From the NCBI RefSeq assembly GCF_001194135.2, contig NC_068982.1, forward strand, positions 44,439,654 through 44,503,653: 64,000 bases of DNA, given 5' to 3'. The stretch comes from Octopus bimaculoides (taxonomy: Eukaryota). The position numbers and the translations under genes were made by a program. The notes beneath the pieces were generated by a model that worked only from the letters and a program-made list of their open reading frames with translations, was not told the origin of the DNA and made no database searches. Numbering within the stretch: the first letter of the stretch is position 1; each line of letters opens with the position of its first letter. Positions 62,426 through 64,000 of the stretch are shown here, piece by piece.

Positions 62426-63239
62426 GCACCGATACTAAAAACATAGCTGGCAGTAAGTAGTACTGGTCTAAGGCCTCTGTTCATCGTTAGACTGAAATCA
62501 GATATATGTAATGTTTCAACTCTCCAGAAATCAGTTGTTCAGATGATACCGAGGTGTCACTTGAGCTATGAATAATATAACTAGCAAATAATATTTAAAG
62601 GTTTCAGTAAGAATGAATATTTCATGGAGCTGAACACAACATCAAGCTCAACATCATTCCTACTTTAAAATAACAAACACAATATTCATTGTGACATTTT
62701 ATATAGTCCCCGCTTCTGCCTCCCAACAAAGAAAGAGAGAAGGGGGAAAGAAAGAGATAGAAAGAGACAGAAAGGGCGAGAGAAAGTATTTTAAACACAA
62801 AGGGAAACCAAGGCTTGACAGTCACTATATCCTATTCCTATTACACGTTAATCTTGTTGTGAATGATCAGGTTGGATTCTGAAAAGCGTCTTTTCTAGAG
62901 GCCCAACTTCAATACCAAGTAAAACATTAGTTCTTATTCATATAGATTACGGCTCATAAATCTGGTTTCTCAATTCTCCTAGATAAATACATTCAATAGA
63001 AATATTACAAAAATCCGTCAATGGAGTCACAGCACCAGAATAACATCGAAATCACTAGAAAGACACAAAACTCTACTTTATAGGATGCAGAAGAAAGAGA
63101 TGCATCATCACCAGCCTCTAGAAAATACGCATAATAAAGTAACTGGATATTAAATATAACGTTGTAGATATTGCCAAAAGCCAATGATTTTCTCAGAAAA
63201 ATATAAGACACGAAACAGTAAATGGATCTCCATCGTTTT

Positions 63240-63755
63240 CTACGATGAGTATTAGATCAACTAAACCACCTGCTCAATGAATTAGCTTGGTTGTGGCCGA
63301 GTATTCCACAGACAGGTCAGACAGGTAAACATAATTCTTCGTCGATAGGAGAGTCAGGGGGTTCATCGTGCGACGTGTCAAGATTTTCAAGTGAAGTACG
63401 TGAGAGGGGAACTGGGACAAGGTTCTCGAAGTCGTGTGGGACTGGTTTTAGAGCCGACTTACAACCTGCATGCACAATCTTTACTTCGGTCTTCCTTGAA
63501 AAACCACTATCAGTCATGCAAAAGTAACAATCAGAGACATGATTTGTTGGCTCATGTCATACCATTGGTACAACAAAAGGCCTTCCCTTCCGTTTTCCAT
63601 TCAGCCACTGTGTAAGCCCTGAGTAATACACGGTGCAGCATATATGAGGTGCCCACCTCTTGTCTTGGTCCTAAACTTTACACCCGAAATAATATTTATA
63701 GTCCACAGACATAACAAAAGTTGTTTGGGTGATTCACACAGCCTCTCCTATTCAT
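63240..63755 (-). mobile_element. Chapaev3-like (CMC) DNA transposase N-terminus, pseudogene
   Basis: From ATG at 63755: MNRRGCVNHPNNFCYVCG / YKYYFGCKV*DQDKRWAPHICC..WLNGKRKGRPFVVPMV*HEPTNHVSDCYFCMTDSGFSRK..SALKPVPH. I recognise this Cys/His pattern as that of Chapaev3 transposases. It has a deletion and two stops. Confidence 0.75.
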
Positions 63756-63861
63756 GATCTACCACAATGAACACAGTTAAAACAGTAACCACGCAGAGCG
63801 AGAGATACACATACTACACGTGACGGCAGCGCAAACGACACTGAGAGTTGCCAAGAACAAA

Positions 63862-63905
63862 CTGACGTATTTGACATTGCACACAATACGTCAGCGCCAT
63901 CTATT
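63862..63905. promoter_or_regulatory. 10-bp inverted repeat with CRE-like halves plus a gcgccatctat motif, upstream of the transposase
   Basis: ctgacgtatt-13 nt-aatacgtcag followed by cgccatctattg, about 110-150 nt 5' of the ATG. Confidence 0.35.
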
Positions 63906-64000
63906 GCTAAACTAAATAATGAACTTTATCATCGTTTGTTTTATTGCTGTTATTTCTTTAACTTTGAATTAAGACTGCTTTCATTTTAGCAAATTTTATA

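Overview
Eukaryotic, AT-rich, repeat-dominated draft-assembly window with about 20 N-gaps, nearly all flanked by (TA)n or (TG)n. The SINE families, microsatellite load and divergent GC-rich 18S fragment suggest a cephalopod, probably Octopus; this is inference, not verified. I found no supportable host protein-coding exon, and most listed ORFs are microsatellite, N-gap or antisense-repeat artefacts. Recognisable content: (i) dozens of tRNA-derived SINE copies of at least three families, including a TSD-bounded dimer and tandem or inverted clusters; (ii) fragments of Penelope-like elements (two lineages), R4/Dong-like and HERO-like RLE retrotransposons, an old RTE LINE (APE+RT) and a CR1/L2-type LINE; (iii) DNA transposons: DD37D maT/mariner, a mariner end, Chapaev3-like and MITE/foldback hairpins; (iv) an orphan 18S rRNA fragment. 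The most notable signal is six minimal, dimer-type hammerhead-ribozyme motifs with covarying stems around a fixed core. In one Penelope family the hammerhead lies directly downstream of a tRNA-like Pol III (A/B box) module that follows the GIY-YIG stop codon in both independent copies. All assignments come from reading the sequence by eye, and SINE and fragment boundaries are approximate.
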